Shown: positions 44,456 through 54,005, counted from the first letter of the stretch. The stretch is DNA of 60,271 nt from Bacilli bacterium (GCA_022801735.1 JAAWSW010000001.1:1-60271); one strand, 5' to 3'. Numbers and translations are program-made. Notes: generated from the letters alone by a model not told the origin.

Positions 44456-45178
44456 ATGACAAAAAAACAAAAAAATAAATTAATAATACCCATAATACTA
44501 ATTTTAATTATTACAATAGTATCATATTTTAAATATGATATTGATAAAATATTTAATCAAATATTACCAAAAGAAGAAATAAAATCTTATAGCCTAAAAG
44601 AAATACCTGAATATGACCATAAAGATTATATTGTAATTAACAATAATATTCCAAACTTTAATGAAGAAGACTATACTAAAAAAGCCTTTGAAAACTATAG
44701 TAACTTAGACTATTTAGGAAGAGCCATGGCAGCATACGCCAATATAGGAATAGAATTAATGCCAACCGAAAAAAGAGGATCAATTGGTATGATAAAACCA
44801 TCTGGATGGCACACAATAAAATATGATATAGTAAATGGTAAATATCTATATAATAGATGTCACTTAATTGGCTATCAATTAACAGGTGAAAACGCCAATG
44901 AAAAAAACTTAATAACATGTACAAGACAAATGAACACTGGTGCTATGTTAGATTATGAAAATAAAGTAGCAAATTATATCAAAGAAACTAATAATCACGT
45001 ATTATATAGAGTAACACCTATATATAAAGACAATAATTTACTATCAAACGGTGTCCAAATAGAAGCAAGTTCAGTAGAAGATAAAGGAAAATCACTTTCA
45101 TTTAATATATTTATATATAATGTTCAAGATGGTATACAGATAGACTATAAAACAGGAGATAGTAAATTAAAACAATAA
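44456..45178 (+). CDS. Membrane-anchored non-specific DNA/RNA endonuclease (EndA / DNA-entry nuclease-like)
   Basis: N-terminal TM helix. 'YNRCHLIGYQLTGENANEKNLITCTRQMN' matches the Endonuclease_NS_2 type H-N-N core. The promoter is TGCTATAAT. Confidence 0.75.
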   Translation: MTKKQKNKLIIPIILILIITIVSYFKYDIDKIFNQILPKEEIKSYSLKEIPEYDHKDYIVINNNIPNFNEEDYTKKAFENYSNLDYLGRAMAAYANIGIELMPTEKRGSIGMIKPSGWHTIKYDIVNGKYLYNRCHLIGYQLTGENANEKNLITCTRQMNTGAMLDYENKVANYIKETNNHVLYRVTPIYKDNNLLSNGVQIEASSVEDKGKSLSFNIFIYNVQDGIQIDYKTGDSKLKQ

Positions 45179-45208
45179 AAAATTAGGAAACAAACTCCTA
45201 ATTTTTTA
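45177..45208. terminator. Bidirectional terminator between convergent genes
   Basis: AATTAGGA-loop-TCCTAATT flanked by A and T runs. Confidence 0.65.
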
Positions 45209-45224
45209 TTAGTCTAAAATTAAT

Positions 45225-45623
45225 TTAACGTAATATTGCTCTTGCTAAAATTTCTCTACTTTTTTTATTAATTTTTACTTTAGATAACTTATCATCTTCT
45301 ACGCAAGAACTAGTTTCTAAGCAAGTGCTTATTTGTTCTATATTATCTTCACCATAATTTTGTTCAATATCATATAATTTTAATATTTCATCTATAGAAT
45401 TTTCATCCAAAAACCTTTTAATTGTTTCTTCATACGATAAAGTAACGCCTGATAGTTTACTTTCTAATAGCCGAATTTGAAAAAAACCATAATTCATCGC
45501 ATTTTCTAAAAACAATAAAATATCTTCAAATGATACTAAGGTACCATAATATTCTTTAATTATAACTTGTAACTCTAAAATTTTGTTCATTACATCATTA
45601 TCCATTACCATTTTTTCTTTCAT
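45225..45623 (-). CDS. Hypothetical 132-aa protein
   Basis: Start at MKEKMVMDND with an AAGGAGG SD. No recognised motif. Confidence 0.45.
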   Translation of the reverse strand: MKEKMVMDNDVMNKILELQVIIKEYYGTLVSFEDILLFLENAMNYGFFQIRLLESKLSGVTLSYEETIKRFLDENSIDEILKLYDIEQNYGEDNIEQISTCLETSSCVEDDKLSKVKINKKSREILARAILR

Positions 45624-45702
45624 AAAAAACCTCCTTTTAATAAGATTATACAACAATAATATAGCACCGTCAAAAAAACTTAAGAAATAAAAATCTTAAG
45701 TT

Positions 45703-46143
45703 TTAATTTACATTAAAATAATTTTTTAAAACATAATCCATAGTAATTTTAACATCTGGAAAAACAGATAAGTTTTCAAGTTCTTTTCTAGAAAACCACC
45801 CAATATCATAACTTTCATTACTAATTACTAGATCAGTAATTTCATTATTAGGTACAGCAGCATAAATAATATCGAAATGTTTTTCACCATTATCCTTACG
45901 ATTACACTGAATACCTAAAGGTCTAATCATATCATCTTCCCTAGGAAAACGCTCTCCAAGAAGCGTAATCTTAATACCAGTTTCTTCATAAACCTCTCTA
46001 ATTGCTGCTTCCTCTGGAGTCTCTCCATCTTCCATATGACCACCAGGTTGTACCCATTTATCCCATAAATGATGTTTAACTAATAATATCTTTTTATCAA
46101 TTGGATTAATAACAAACGCCGAAGCGCAAAAATGTCTTTTCAT
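45703..46143 (-). CDS. NUDIX hydrolase
   Basis: The Nudix box is 'GGHMEDGETPEEAAIREVYEETGI'. Confidence 0.85.
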   Translation of the reverse strand: MKRHFCASAFVINPIDKKILLVKHHLWDKWVQPGGHMEDGETPEEAAIREVYEETGIKITLLGERFPREDDMIRPLGIQCNRKDNGEKHFDIIYAAVPNNEITDLVISNESYDIGWFSRKELENLSVFPDVKITMDYVLKNYFNVN

Positions 46144-46186
46144 ACTACCACCATATTAAATTATAACAAATACTTATATATAAAAT

Positions 46187-46906
46187 CTACCCAAGTTCAT
46201 CATAACCTTTAGTGTTTACATTTTTTCCGTAAACAAGTAACGTATCCTCTAAATCTAAAGTAGCAAGTAAAACTTCCTCTAATTTATAACCCTTAACCTT
46301 AAGTTCATGCATAAGCCAATCCACATCCTTATGCATAACCTCCATAGAATTATCAATAATTTGTCCATCCACAATTAAATTAGCACATAACCCAGTCTTT
46401 TTCTTTTTTACCTTTAAATCCTTGTTAGTTGGTGTTTGATAATCCGGTTTAGCCAGAAAACTAATCTCACCATTTGCCTCCATCAAAGCATAATCAACTT
46501 CCGAAATATCAAAATAACCATTGATTCTACATTCTTCTAATAAATCATTAATATCAAATTTAGTTTTTCGTAAATTAGCATATAAAATTCTACCATCTTG
46601 AATTAACATAGTAGGATCTCCAATAAAAAATTTACGCAAACGAAGACTTTTCATAGAAAGAATAGAAACTAAATAAGCAACAAACCCAAATACAATAACT
46701 GCAATTATCCCATGTAAATACTTAGAATCTAAATTTAAAGCCATTTCTGCTGCAAAATTACCAATAGATATTCCGATAACATAATCAAAAACACTAAACT
46801 GTGATACCTGTTTCTTACCAATCATTTTAGTAACTAAAAATAATACAACTAAAGAAACTAAACACCTCATAACCACATCAAATAAATCAATTAATTCTTT
46901 TTCCAT
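46187..46906 (-). CDS. DUF421 (YetF-family) membrane protein
   Basis: 'GKKQVSQFSVFDYVIGISIGNFAAEMA' and the C-terminal soluble domain are typical of DUF421. Start at MEKELIDLF. Confidence 0.7.
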   Translation of the reverse strand: MEKELIDLFDVVMRCLVSLVVLFLVTKMIGKKQVSQFSVFDYVIGISIGNFAAEMALNLDSKYLHGIIAVIVFGFVAYLVSILSMKSLRLRKFFIGDPTMLIQDGRILYANLRKTKFDINDLLEECRINGYFDISEVDYALMEANGEISFLAKPDYQTPTNKDLKVKKKKTGLCANLIVDGQIIDNSMEVMHKDVDWLMHELKVKGYKLEEVLLATLDLEDTLLVYGKNVNTKGYDELG

Positions 46907-46958
46907 AAAATCACCATTTTTAGTATTACCTTCAAAAAAAAAATTATGCAAAGCATAA

Positions 46959-48032
46959 TTATTTTTTAGGCAATTTAAACTTCTTTTCAAAATCTTTATG
47001 ATTAAATACAACATCCGTTTTCAAAACTAAAAGCATAACAATAATTACTAACACAGTATAAAGTATATAACCTAACTCTCTATTCTTAAGTACATATACA
47101 ATAGACGCAATTGCAAATAAAATTTGAATACCATAAATAATTAAAACAGAAGTCCTATAAGAAAGATTCATATTTAAAAATTGATGATGAATATGTGATT
47201 TATCAGGAGTAGCAAAACTTTCTCCCTTTAACCTTCTTCTAACAATAGCAAATAAAGTATCTAAAATAGGAATTGCTAAAATAAGTAATGGAATAATAAA
47301 TGAAGTTAAAGTAACATTCTTAAATCCAAGTAAAGCAATTACTGAAACCATAAATCCCATAAACATAGAACCCGAATCACCAGCAAATACTGTAGCAGGA
47401 TGGAAATTATGAACTAAAAATCCTAAAGTAGCACCAAACATTATAAAAGTCATTGTAACATCTAGTCCCATATTTCCCATAATAACTGCAATTATTCCAA
47501 TAGTTAAATAGTAAATAGCGCTTATACCGCCAGCCAGTCCATCAAGTCCATCAATTAAATTCATACAGTTTATACATGCAACAATAAATAAAACTGTAAT
47601 TGGATACGCAAGAACCCCAAAATCAATATAGAAACCAAATGCACTTACGTCTTGTAATACAATTCCACCATAGAAAGTTACAACACATGCCGCTGCAAGT
47701 TGTCCAGCAAATTTAACAGATGCCTTTATTGAATGAATATCATCTATAATTCCTGTAAGCACAATTAAAAAACTACCAATCAAAATAGAATTCATCATAC
47801 TACTTTGTTCACCAAAAATCATATAACTAAACAAAAATCCGATAAACATTGCAAGTCCACCAAGTTTTGGTGTCGTTTTCTTATGAATATGTCTATGTCC
47901 CTCTTCTGATCTTGGAATATCCAAAGCACCAATATGAAAGGCAAGTTTCTTAATAAAAGGCATTATAAATGCTACCACTAAAAATGTAATTAAAATCATT
48001 AGGAAAATTCTTGTAATTAGTTCTTCTCCCAT
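46959..48032 (-). CDS. tagO: Glycosyltransferase family 4 polyprenyl-phosphate GlcNAc-1-P transferase (TagO/WecA-like)
   Basis: 'NCMNLIDGLDGLAGG', 'FAGDSGSMFMGF' and about 10-11 TM helices. It is not in a dcw context, so TagO/WecA is favoured over MraY. Confidence 0.75.
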   Translation of the reverse strand: MGEELITRIFLMILITFLVVAFIMPFIKKLAFHIGALDIPRSEEGHRHIHKKTTPKLGGLAMFIGFLFSYMIFGEQSSMMNSILIGSFLIVLTGIIDDIHSIKASVKFAGQLAAACVVTFYGGIVLQDVSAFGFYIDFGVLAYPITVLFIVACINCMNLIDGLDGLAGGISAIYYLTIGIIAVIMGNMGLDVTMTFIMFGATLGFLVHNFHPATVFAGDSGSMFMGFMVSVIALLGFKNVTLTSFIIPLLILAIPILDTLFAIVRRRLKGESFATPDKSHIHHQFLNMNLSYRTSVLIIYGIQILFAIASIVYVLKNRELGYILYTVLVIIVMLLVLKTDVVFNHKDFEKKFKLPKK

Positions 48033-48116
48033 CACTACCACCTCTATTATTAATTTTACCATATTTCAAAAAATAAATCTATTTTTGAATAAAAATTAAA
48101 AAAAGAGCACTCGCTC

Positions 48117-49526
48117 TTAATCCTGATAAAATGCCTTATAAACTTCATAAGCATTATATAAATCAAATTTACTAATAACCTCATATGGCGCATGCATTGA
48201 AAGTACTGGAACACCACAATCTAAAACATCTACACCCTTATTGGCCAATATATAAGCAATTGTTCCTCCGCCACCTTCATCAACTTTACCCATATCAGAC
48301 ATTTGATAAACTAAATTGTTTTTATCTAAAATATTTCTAATTTTAGCCACAAATTCTGCAGAAGCATCACTCGCTCCACCTTTTCCACCACTACCAGTAT
48401 ATTTACACAAAGAAATACCATTTCCTAGATAAGCAGCATTATGGCAATCATCAACATCACTATATGTAGGGTCTGCTGCAGAAGTTACATCAGAAGATAA
48501 CATCTTAGAATTGCATAAAGTTTTTTCCAATACATTATACCCATTTTGACCAGTTTTATCTAAAAGTTTAGCAATAAACACATCAAAATTTGCAGAATAC
48601 ATACCAGTATTACCAACACTACCAATTTCCTCTTTATCAGCAAGTAATGCAATAGAAGTACGCTTTGGATTTTTCAAATCAATAATAGCCCTCAAAGTAG
48701 CATAAGCACAAGATCTATCATCATGACCATACCCAGCAATCATACTAAGATCAAAACCCAAACTACGGGCTTCAAATGCTGGAACCAATTCTAACTCTGC
48801 ACTAATAAAGTCTTTTTCAATAATGCCATATTTTTTATTTAAAATATCCAAAATATTTAATTTAACTTTTTCCGAAGCATCTTTATCATCATAAGGAATA
48901 CTACCAACTAAAACATTTAAATCCTCACCAGCAATGCCTGATTCTAAAGTTTTCTTTTCCTGTTTTCTTGCTAAATGTGGTAATAAATCTGTAATAGTAA
49001 ATATTGGATCATTTTTATCATCACCAATACGAACATTAACAACCTCTCCACTACTTTTAACAATAACACCTCTAAGCATTAAAGGAATTGCAGTCCATTG
49101 ATATTTCTTTATTCCACCATAATAATGTGTTTTAAATAAAGCCAAACCACCAGATTCATATAAAGGATTAGGTTTCAAATCAAGTCTAGGCGAATCAATA
49201 TGCGCCCCTACCAAATTCAAACCTTCCTCAAGCATAGTATCTCCAATAACTGCAGCATAAATAGCCTTTTTTCTATTTACAAAATAAACTTTATCACCTG
49301 GGTTTAAACAATCTACTTCATCAATATTTACAAATCCATTTTCTTTAAGTAAAACTTCAGAAAATAAGGTGCATTCCCTTTCAGTCCTGCACCTATTTAA
49401 AAATTCTATATACTCACTACTAAAATCCATCACTAACGCTTTTTTATCCCCAGATAATCCTTCAAAACCACTTTTTTTATTGTCAAACAATTGATCTTTC
49501 AATTTTTGACCCTTAGTTTTATCCAT
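48117..49526 (-). CDS. M18-family aminopeptidase
   Basis: 'LVGAHIDSPRLDLKPNPL', 'GYGHDDRSCAY' and 'SMHAPYE' motifs. Start at MDKTKGQ. Confidence 0.8.
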   Translation of the reverse strand: MDKTKGQKLKDQLFDNKKSGFEGLSGDKKALVMDFSSEYIEFLNRCRTERECTLFSEVLLKENGFVNIDEVDCLNPGDKVYFVNRKKAIYAAVIGDTMLEEGLNLVGAHIDSPRLDLKPNPLYESGGLALFKTHYYGGIKKYQWTAIPLMLRGVIVKSSGEVVNVRIGDDKNDPIFTITDLLPHLARKQEKKTLESGIAGEDLNVLVGSIPYDDKDASEKVKLNILDILNKKYGIIEKDFISAELELVPAFEARSLGFDLSMIAGYGHDDRSCAYATLRAIIDLKNPKRTSIALLADKEEIGSVGNTGMYSANFDVFIAKLLDKTGQNGYNVLEKTLCNSKMLSSDVTSAADPTYSDVDDCHNAAYLGNGISLCKYTGSGGKGGASDASAEFVAKIRNILDKNNLVYQMSDMGKVDEGGGGTIAYILANKGVDVLDCGVPVLSMHAPYEVISKFDLYNAYEVYKAFYQD

Positions 49527-49562
49527 ATTATCTCTCCATTCTGGTTTTAGTATATCCAATTA

Positions 49563-50564
49563 TTAAAAATTTAAACCATTATCCACTAAATTTACATTAT
49601 CAAGTAAAACTCCAGTACCCTCAACAACACAAGTTAAAGGACTTTCAGCAATAAATACTGGTACTTTAAGTTCGTGTGCTAATAATTGATCAAAACCATT
49701 AAGTAAAGCACCACCACCAGTTACCACAACACCTTTATCAACAATATCTGCAGATAATTCTGGAGGTGTTTGCTCTAAAACTGCTTTAGCAGTATTTATA
49801 ATTGTATAAATACTTTCTCTTAATGCCTCTTCAACCTCATCAGAAGTAATAGTTACAGTATGTGGTAATCCAGTAACTAAGTCACGACCTCTAACTTCCA
49901 TTTTTTCGTTTAAAGCACCTGGAAAAACAGTACCAATTGTAAACTTAATATCCTCTGCTGTACGATCACCAATAAGTAATTTATATTTATCTTTTAAATA
50001 TTTCATAATATCACTATCAAAAACATTACCCGCAATTTTAATAGAAGAAGAAGTAACAATACCACCTAAAGATAAAATTGCAATATCAGTAGTTCCACCA
50101 CCAATGTCGATAATCATATTACCACTAGGTTTTGAAATATCCATTCCTGCACCAATAGCAGCAACTTTTGGTTCTTCTTCAAGAAATACTTTTCTTGCTC
50201 CAGTTCTTTCCGCCGCTTCTGTAATCGCATTTTTTTCTACTTGAGTAATATTCGAAGGACAACAAATTAAAATTCTAGGACGAGCAAAAAAACTTCTACC
50301 ATTTACTTTTCTAATAAAATGGTTAAGCATTATTTCCGTAATTTCAAAATCCGCAATAACTCCATCTTTCATAGGTCTAATAGCCTTAACCCTTCCTGGA
50401 GTTCTACCAAGCATATCCCTAGCCTCTGTTCCAACCGCTAAAGGTCTTTTTGTGTCAGCATCTATAGCCACTACACTAGGCTCATTTAAAACGATTCCTT
50501 GCCCTTTTATATATATAAGTACGTTTGCTGTTCCTAAATCTATTCCAATATCTTTTGAAAACAT
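49563..50564 (-). CDS. mbl: MreB/Mbl actin-like rod-shape protein
   Basis: 'DIGIDLGTANVLIY' and 'DIGGGTTDIAILSLGG'. It lies directly downstream of spoIIID, as mbl does in B. subtilis. Confidence 0.9.
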   Translation of the reverse strand: MFSKDIGIDLGTANVLIYIKGQGIVLNEPSVVAIDADTKRPLAVGTEARDMLGRTPGRVKAIRPMKDGVIADFEITEIMLNHFIRKVNGRSFFARPRILICCPSNITQVEKNAITEAAERTGARKVFLEEEPKVAAIGAGMDISKPSGNMIIDIGGGTTDIAILSLGGIVTSSSIKIAGNVFDSDIMKYLKDKYKLLIGDRTAEDIKFTIGTVFPGALNEKMEVRGRDLVTGLPHTVTITSDEVEEALRESIYTIINTAKAVLEQTPPELSADIVDKGVVVTGGGALLNGFDQLLAHELKVPVFIAESPLTCVVEGTGVLLDNVNLVDNGLNF

Positions 50565-50619
50565 ATATATCACCTTTTTCCTTCTAATATTATAACACAG
50601 AGCATCCCATTTTAATAGA

Positions 50620-50874
50620 TTAACTAGATAAATTTAAATACTTTTTTTTCGTTGATTCCCCGCCCTTAATATGTCTAATATCCATGTGATATTTAAGTAT
50701 TTGCTGAACAGATAAATATAAGCCCTCATCAATAACTTTTAATCTATCTTTCAAATCTTTATGAACAGTACTTTTTGATACATTAAATACCTTTGCAATC
50801 TCTCTTAATGTATCGCCTGTATCAATCATATATTCCGCTTCCAATATAACTCTCTTAACAATATCATTTTCCAA
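50620..50874 (-). CDS. spoIIID: Sporulation transcriptional regulator SpoIIID
   Basis: 'REIAKVFNVSKSTVHKDLKDRL...ILKYHMDIRHIKGGESTKKKY' closely parallels B. subtilis SpoIIID. A probable TTG start preceded by AAGGGG gives about 84 aa. The track ORF start at 50943 looks too long. Confidence 0.8.
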   Translation of the reverse strand: MENDIVKRVILEAEYMIDTGDTLREIAKVFNVSKSTVHKDLKDRLKVIDEGLYLSVQQILKYHMDIRHIKGGESTKKKYLNLSS

Positions 50875-50963
50875 ACATATCGCCCCTTTATTTAAGTATA
50901 TAAATTTGGAAAAATAATTAGACCAAAATATAATATATAACAATAAATAGGCGCCAAATAATT

Positions 50964-51824
50964 TTATAATTGATCTAATAAAATTTTTAAATAATTACTA
51001 TCCTCTATTTTATTAATCCCAAAACATTTTTTACCTAATTCCTTAAATGAGGCTCCACAGTGATATAAAATACTATCATCGATAATTATAAACCTATCAT
51101 GAAATTTATAATTATTAATTATTTCAATATTATCATACTGTTTCATATATTTTGTTATTGCTGTCTTATCAATATTTTTAGTATATATTTTTATAGGAAC
51201 TGTTATATTTTTAATTAAATTAAATAACGTCCTCCCAGCATAATTATCTATAATTATTATTTTTTCTTTAGCATTAGTTAATATTTCCATCATCAAATTA
51301 TATGCATCATATATTTGCCCTTCAAAAAACAAATGATTATTTGGAGTATTTTGAAAATTATCAAAAGTCTCCTTTAAAAACTTTATATCATCATCGTGTT
51401 TTAAAACCAAACTATTTATATACCTTTGTTCCAATAAACTATTAGACATAAATTTTCTCATGGCTACAAAAGCACGCATAATATCTACACTTATTTGGGC
51501 AGCTTTTTCCGTTCTCAGTACTGAAGCAAGCATCGCAACACCCTGCTCAGTAAAAACGTATGGTAACTTTCTAACCCCACCTTGATTACCAATTTTTGAA
51601 GTTCCATTTTGGAACTTCAAACCATTATATTCTTCCTTTGTTAACTGAAAATAAAAATCTTCTGGAAATCTATTAGTATTTCTTTTAACCGCTTTATTTA
51701 TATCCTTTGTTCCATTCGCACATCCATACAATTTTGCTAAATCTGAATCCAACATCACCTGTTTACCTCTAATTTCATATATCATATTTTTAATATCATT
51801 ATCCTTAATCATAATTTCATTCAT
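50964..51824 (-). CDS. ORF6N (KilA-N-like DNA-binding) domain protein with a PLD-like C-terminal domain
   Basis: The N-terminus 'IRGKQVMLDSDLAKLYGCANGTKDINKAVKRNTNRFPEDFYFQLTKEEY...LPYVFTEQGVAMLASVLR' is ORF6N. The C-terminus 'FHDRFIIIDDSILYHCGASFKELGKK' fits an HxK(4)D(6)GSxN-like pattern with K replaced by R. Start at MNEIMIKD with a GGAGGTG SD. Confidence 0.7.
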   Translation of the reverse strand: MNEIMIKDNDIKNMIYEIRGKQVMLDSDLAKLYGCANGTKDINKAVKRNTNRFPEDFYFQLTKEEYNGLKFQNGTSKIGNQGGVRKLPYVFTEQGVAMLASVLRTEKAAQISVDIMRAFVAMRKFMSNSLLEQRYINSLVLKHDDDIKFLKETFDNFQNTPNNHLFFEGQIYDAYNLMMEILTNAKEKIIIIDNYAGRTLFNLIKNITVPIKIYTKNIDKTAITKYMKQYDNIEIINNYKFHDRFIIIDDSILYHCGASFKELGKKCFGINKIEDSNYLKILLDQL

Positions 51825-51910
51825 TATAAACACCTCCATTTTCAAATAAGCCCTTTTATTCCCTCATCTATAATATACAATTTTTGTATATCAAATCCCT
51901 GCTTCAAACA

Positions 51911-51936
51911 CAAAAAAATTGCACTTTTATGCAATT
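51911..51936 (-). terminator. Terminator ending the DAC gene / small ORF transcript
   Basis: ATTGCA-loop-TGCAAT followed by T7 on the minus strand. Confidence 0.55.
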
Positions 51937-52095
51937 TTATAATTTTTTATAATAAACACTGTACACTCTTTAATTTTCCATTTATTATCCACATTAACTA
52001 ACTCAAAACTAGTAATAATTTCTTCTGCTTGATTAATATCATCTACAACATTACCTTCATTATCAACAATATAACAATATCCTTTTATAATTCAT
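51927..52095 (-). pseudogene. Frameshifted small ORF (intact form about 55 aa) coupled to the DAC-domain gene
   Basis: AAGGA SD plus ATG (52095-52093) lie right after the upstream stop. The ATG frame reads MNYKRILLYC* while the +1 frame is open for 54 codons (IIKGYCYIVDNEGNVVDDINQAEEIITSFELVNVDNKWKIKECTVFIIKNYKIA*). Removing one A from the A4 run at 52083-52086 joins the two frames. Confidence 0.45.
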
Positions 52096-52103
52096 TTATA
52101 TCC

Positions 52104-53255
52104 TTAGTAACGCTTAAGTCGCCCAGACAAAAGATTAGCCAAAGGGTCAAATTTATCATCGTTATATGCATTACATATCTTATCATTTTCCCTTAACGCT
52201 CCATTTATATATTCACTCATTATTACCCTCAAATCCGCTGGCGTTTTATCAGGATTATTAACAATAATCCTTATACACTCCCAAGCGCTTTCCAAATCAA
52301 GTTCCATAACTTTTTCTAAAACACCGACTATTTCATCTTTAAAGATTGGCGCTAACGCACGAGCTAAATCAATTAAATTATTAAATGATACAACATTTAT
52401 ATTATCATCAAAAGATGATGATTTTTTCTTTTGTTTAAGAAAATTTTCATTAGCCCTAAAAGCTAAATCCAATATTTCGACATAACAATTGGTATCCAAT
52501 ACATTCTTATCTGTTAACAAGTCTACAAGTGACTGATCCCCAAGGGGTATATTATAAACATAAGCATGAGGGGTAATAGCCTTATACGACTTATAAGCAG
52601 CCATCATAATAGAAATTCTGTCAGGCCTTTTTTGCACGTCTTCATTATAGTAGATTTCCTTCATTTGTTTTTTAAACATTGTTATCCCACCATAACGTAA
52701 TCTAAACGTTTTACATGCAACCGCCAAATAAAGTTTATCCGCCAATAAAAGACGATGTGTCCTCTTATTTACTTTGTATTTTACTGTAGTTGGACTTTTT
52801 ATTGCACTATCATTAACCTTTTTTTCGGCAAAATAATTCTGCGGATCACCATTATTAAGACCTACAACATCTTTTTTATCACCTTGATAAACAGTAATAA
52901 TACCTTTTCTTTGAGAAACTGCAACAGCAATACAATCTAATTGTTTTGCAACCCTTTCAGCAGTCCTATGCCTCATTCCAGTTTCAAAAGTTTGAATATT
53001 TTTAAGCGGTAATAACTGAACATTGGCCGCGATAATTGTATCCATACTAGAATTTAATATAATCGCACCGTCTAGTTTAGCAAGTTCAAATATCTTTTCA
53101 GGAGAGTAACTTTGATTAACATAGAACCCTCCATCCATAATTTCATTAAGGTTTTCTCCACCGCCAATTATAATAAGTGCTCCTAATTTGGCAGATACAA
53201 TATTCTTCAAAGCATCAATAAAACGTGGATTCCTTTCTAAAATATCATTATACAT
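52104..53255 (-). CDS. DisA-type diadenylate cyclase (DAC) domain protein with a non-DisA C-terminal half
   Basis: The N-terminal ~140 aa, 'GALIIIGGGENLNEIMDGGFYVNQSYSPEKIFELAKLDGAIILNSSMDTIIAANVQLLP...ETGMRHRTAERVAKQ', closely parallel B. subtilis DisA and include the DGA and RHR motifs. The remaining ~240 aa show no DisA linker or HhH features. Start at MYNDIL with a GAGGGGTG SD. Confidence 0.75.
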   Translation of the reverse strand: MYNDILERNPRFIDALKNIVSAKLGALIIIGGGENLNEIMDGGFYVNQSYSPEKIFELAKLDGAIILNSSMDTIIAANVQLLPLKNIQTFETGMRHRTAERVAKQLDCIAVAVSQRKGIITVYQGDKKDVVGLNNGDPQNYFAEKKVNDSAIKSPTTVKYKVNKRTHRLLLADKLYLAVACKTFRLRYGGITMFKKQMKEIYYNEDVQKRPDRISIMMAAYKSYKAITPHAYVYNIPLGDQSLVDLLTDKNVLDTNCYVEILDLAFRANENFLKQKKKSSSFDDNINVVSFNNLIDLARALAPIFKDEIVGVLEKVMELDLESAWECIRIIVNNPDKTPADLRVIMSEYINGALRENDKICNAYNDDKFDPLANLLSGRLKRY

Positions 53256-53284
53256 AAAAACACCCCTCAATTAAAATATAAACA

Positions 53285-53329
53285 TATTATACTTAAAAAA
53301 ACACACTTGTCAAATTGAAAAAATTGACA
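53285..53329 (-). promoter_or_regulatory. Sigma-A promoter with an overlapping palindromic operator-like site upstream of the DAC gene
   Basis: The minus strand reads TTGTCAA-N10-TTGACAA (53306-53329). The right arm supplies the TTGACA -35, with TATAAT 16 nt downstream (53285-53290). Confidence 0.45.
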
Positions 53330-53360
53330 ACAAAAAAAGATATTTATCAAAAATATCCTT

Positions 53361-54005
53361 TTATAATTCATTAATATTTTTATCATAATATTCTTCAGGA
53401 TTAACATAGGTACCATTAACTTTAATTTCAAATACAAAATGATTACCCAAATCCTTATTCATATTTGATACACCACTTTTACCAATGATATCCCCTTGTT
53501 TTACCTTATCATCTTTTTTTACCTTTACATCAGTTAAAGTTTGATAAATAGTAATCACTTTATCAGAACTTTGAATTTCAACAATAGTTCCTAAAAGTTT
53601 ATCCTCTTTAACACTAGTAACAGTTCCATCTAATGAACTAGCAACATCAAAAGCCCCTTTAGGTCCACCATATGCAACACCACTATTTTGAATATAAGTT
53701 TGTTCATAATTAATTATAGAGTTTTCTTGTTCTTTTTCACTGCCTTTATAATTATAAAAATTTTGAACAATCTTAATTGAATCATCTATATAAGGTCTCA
53801 TTATAACTGATTCAGTATTCACAACAGGAATATCATCACTACCAAACAACCTAGAAACATATTGCATATCATCATCAGTTGCCTTATCACTAGGCGCTAA
53901 ATTCTTATTTGAAAAATCAACATAATAAAGTGCTCCTAGCAATAATGCAAATAATCCAGTATACATTCCATAAAGAACTGGTTTTTTCAACTTAATTTTC
54001 TTCAT
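53361..54005 (-). CDS. spoIIQ: Membrane-anchored degenerate LytM/M23-domain protein, SpoIIQ-like
   Basis: N-terminal TM helix. The C-terminal LytM fold 'GDIIGKSGVSNMNKDLGNHFVFEIKVNGTYVNP' has the HxH motif degenerated to HFV. Its position between spoIID and spoIIID matches clostridial spoIIQ. Confidence 0.55.
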   Translation of the reverse strand: MKKIKLKKPVLYGMYTGLFALLLGALYYVDFSNKNLAPSDKATDDDMQYVSRLFGSDDIPVVNTESVIMRPYIDDSIKIVQNFYNYKGSEKEQENSIINYEQTYIQNSGVAYGGPKGAFDVASSLDGTVTSVKEDKLLGTIVEIQSSDKVITIYQTLTDVKVKKDDKVKQGDIIGKSGVSNMNKDLGNHFVFEIKVNGTYVNPEEYYDKNINEL

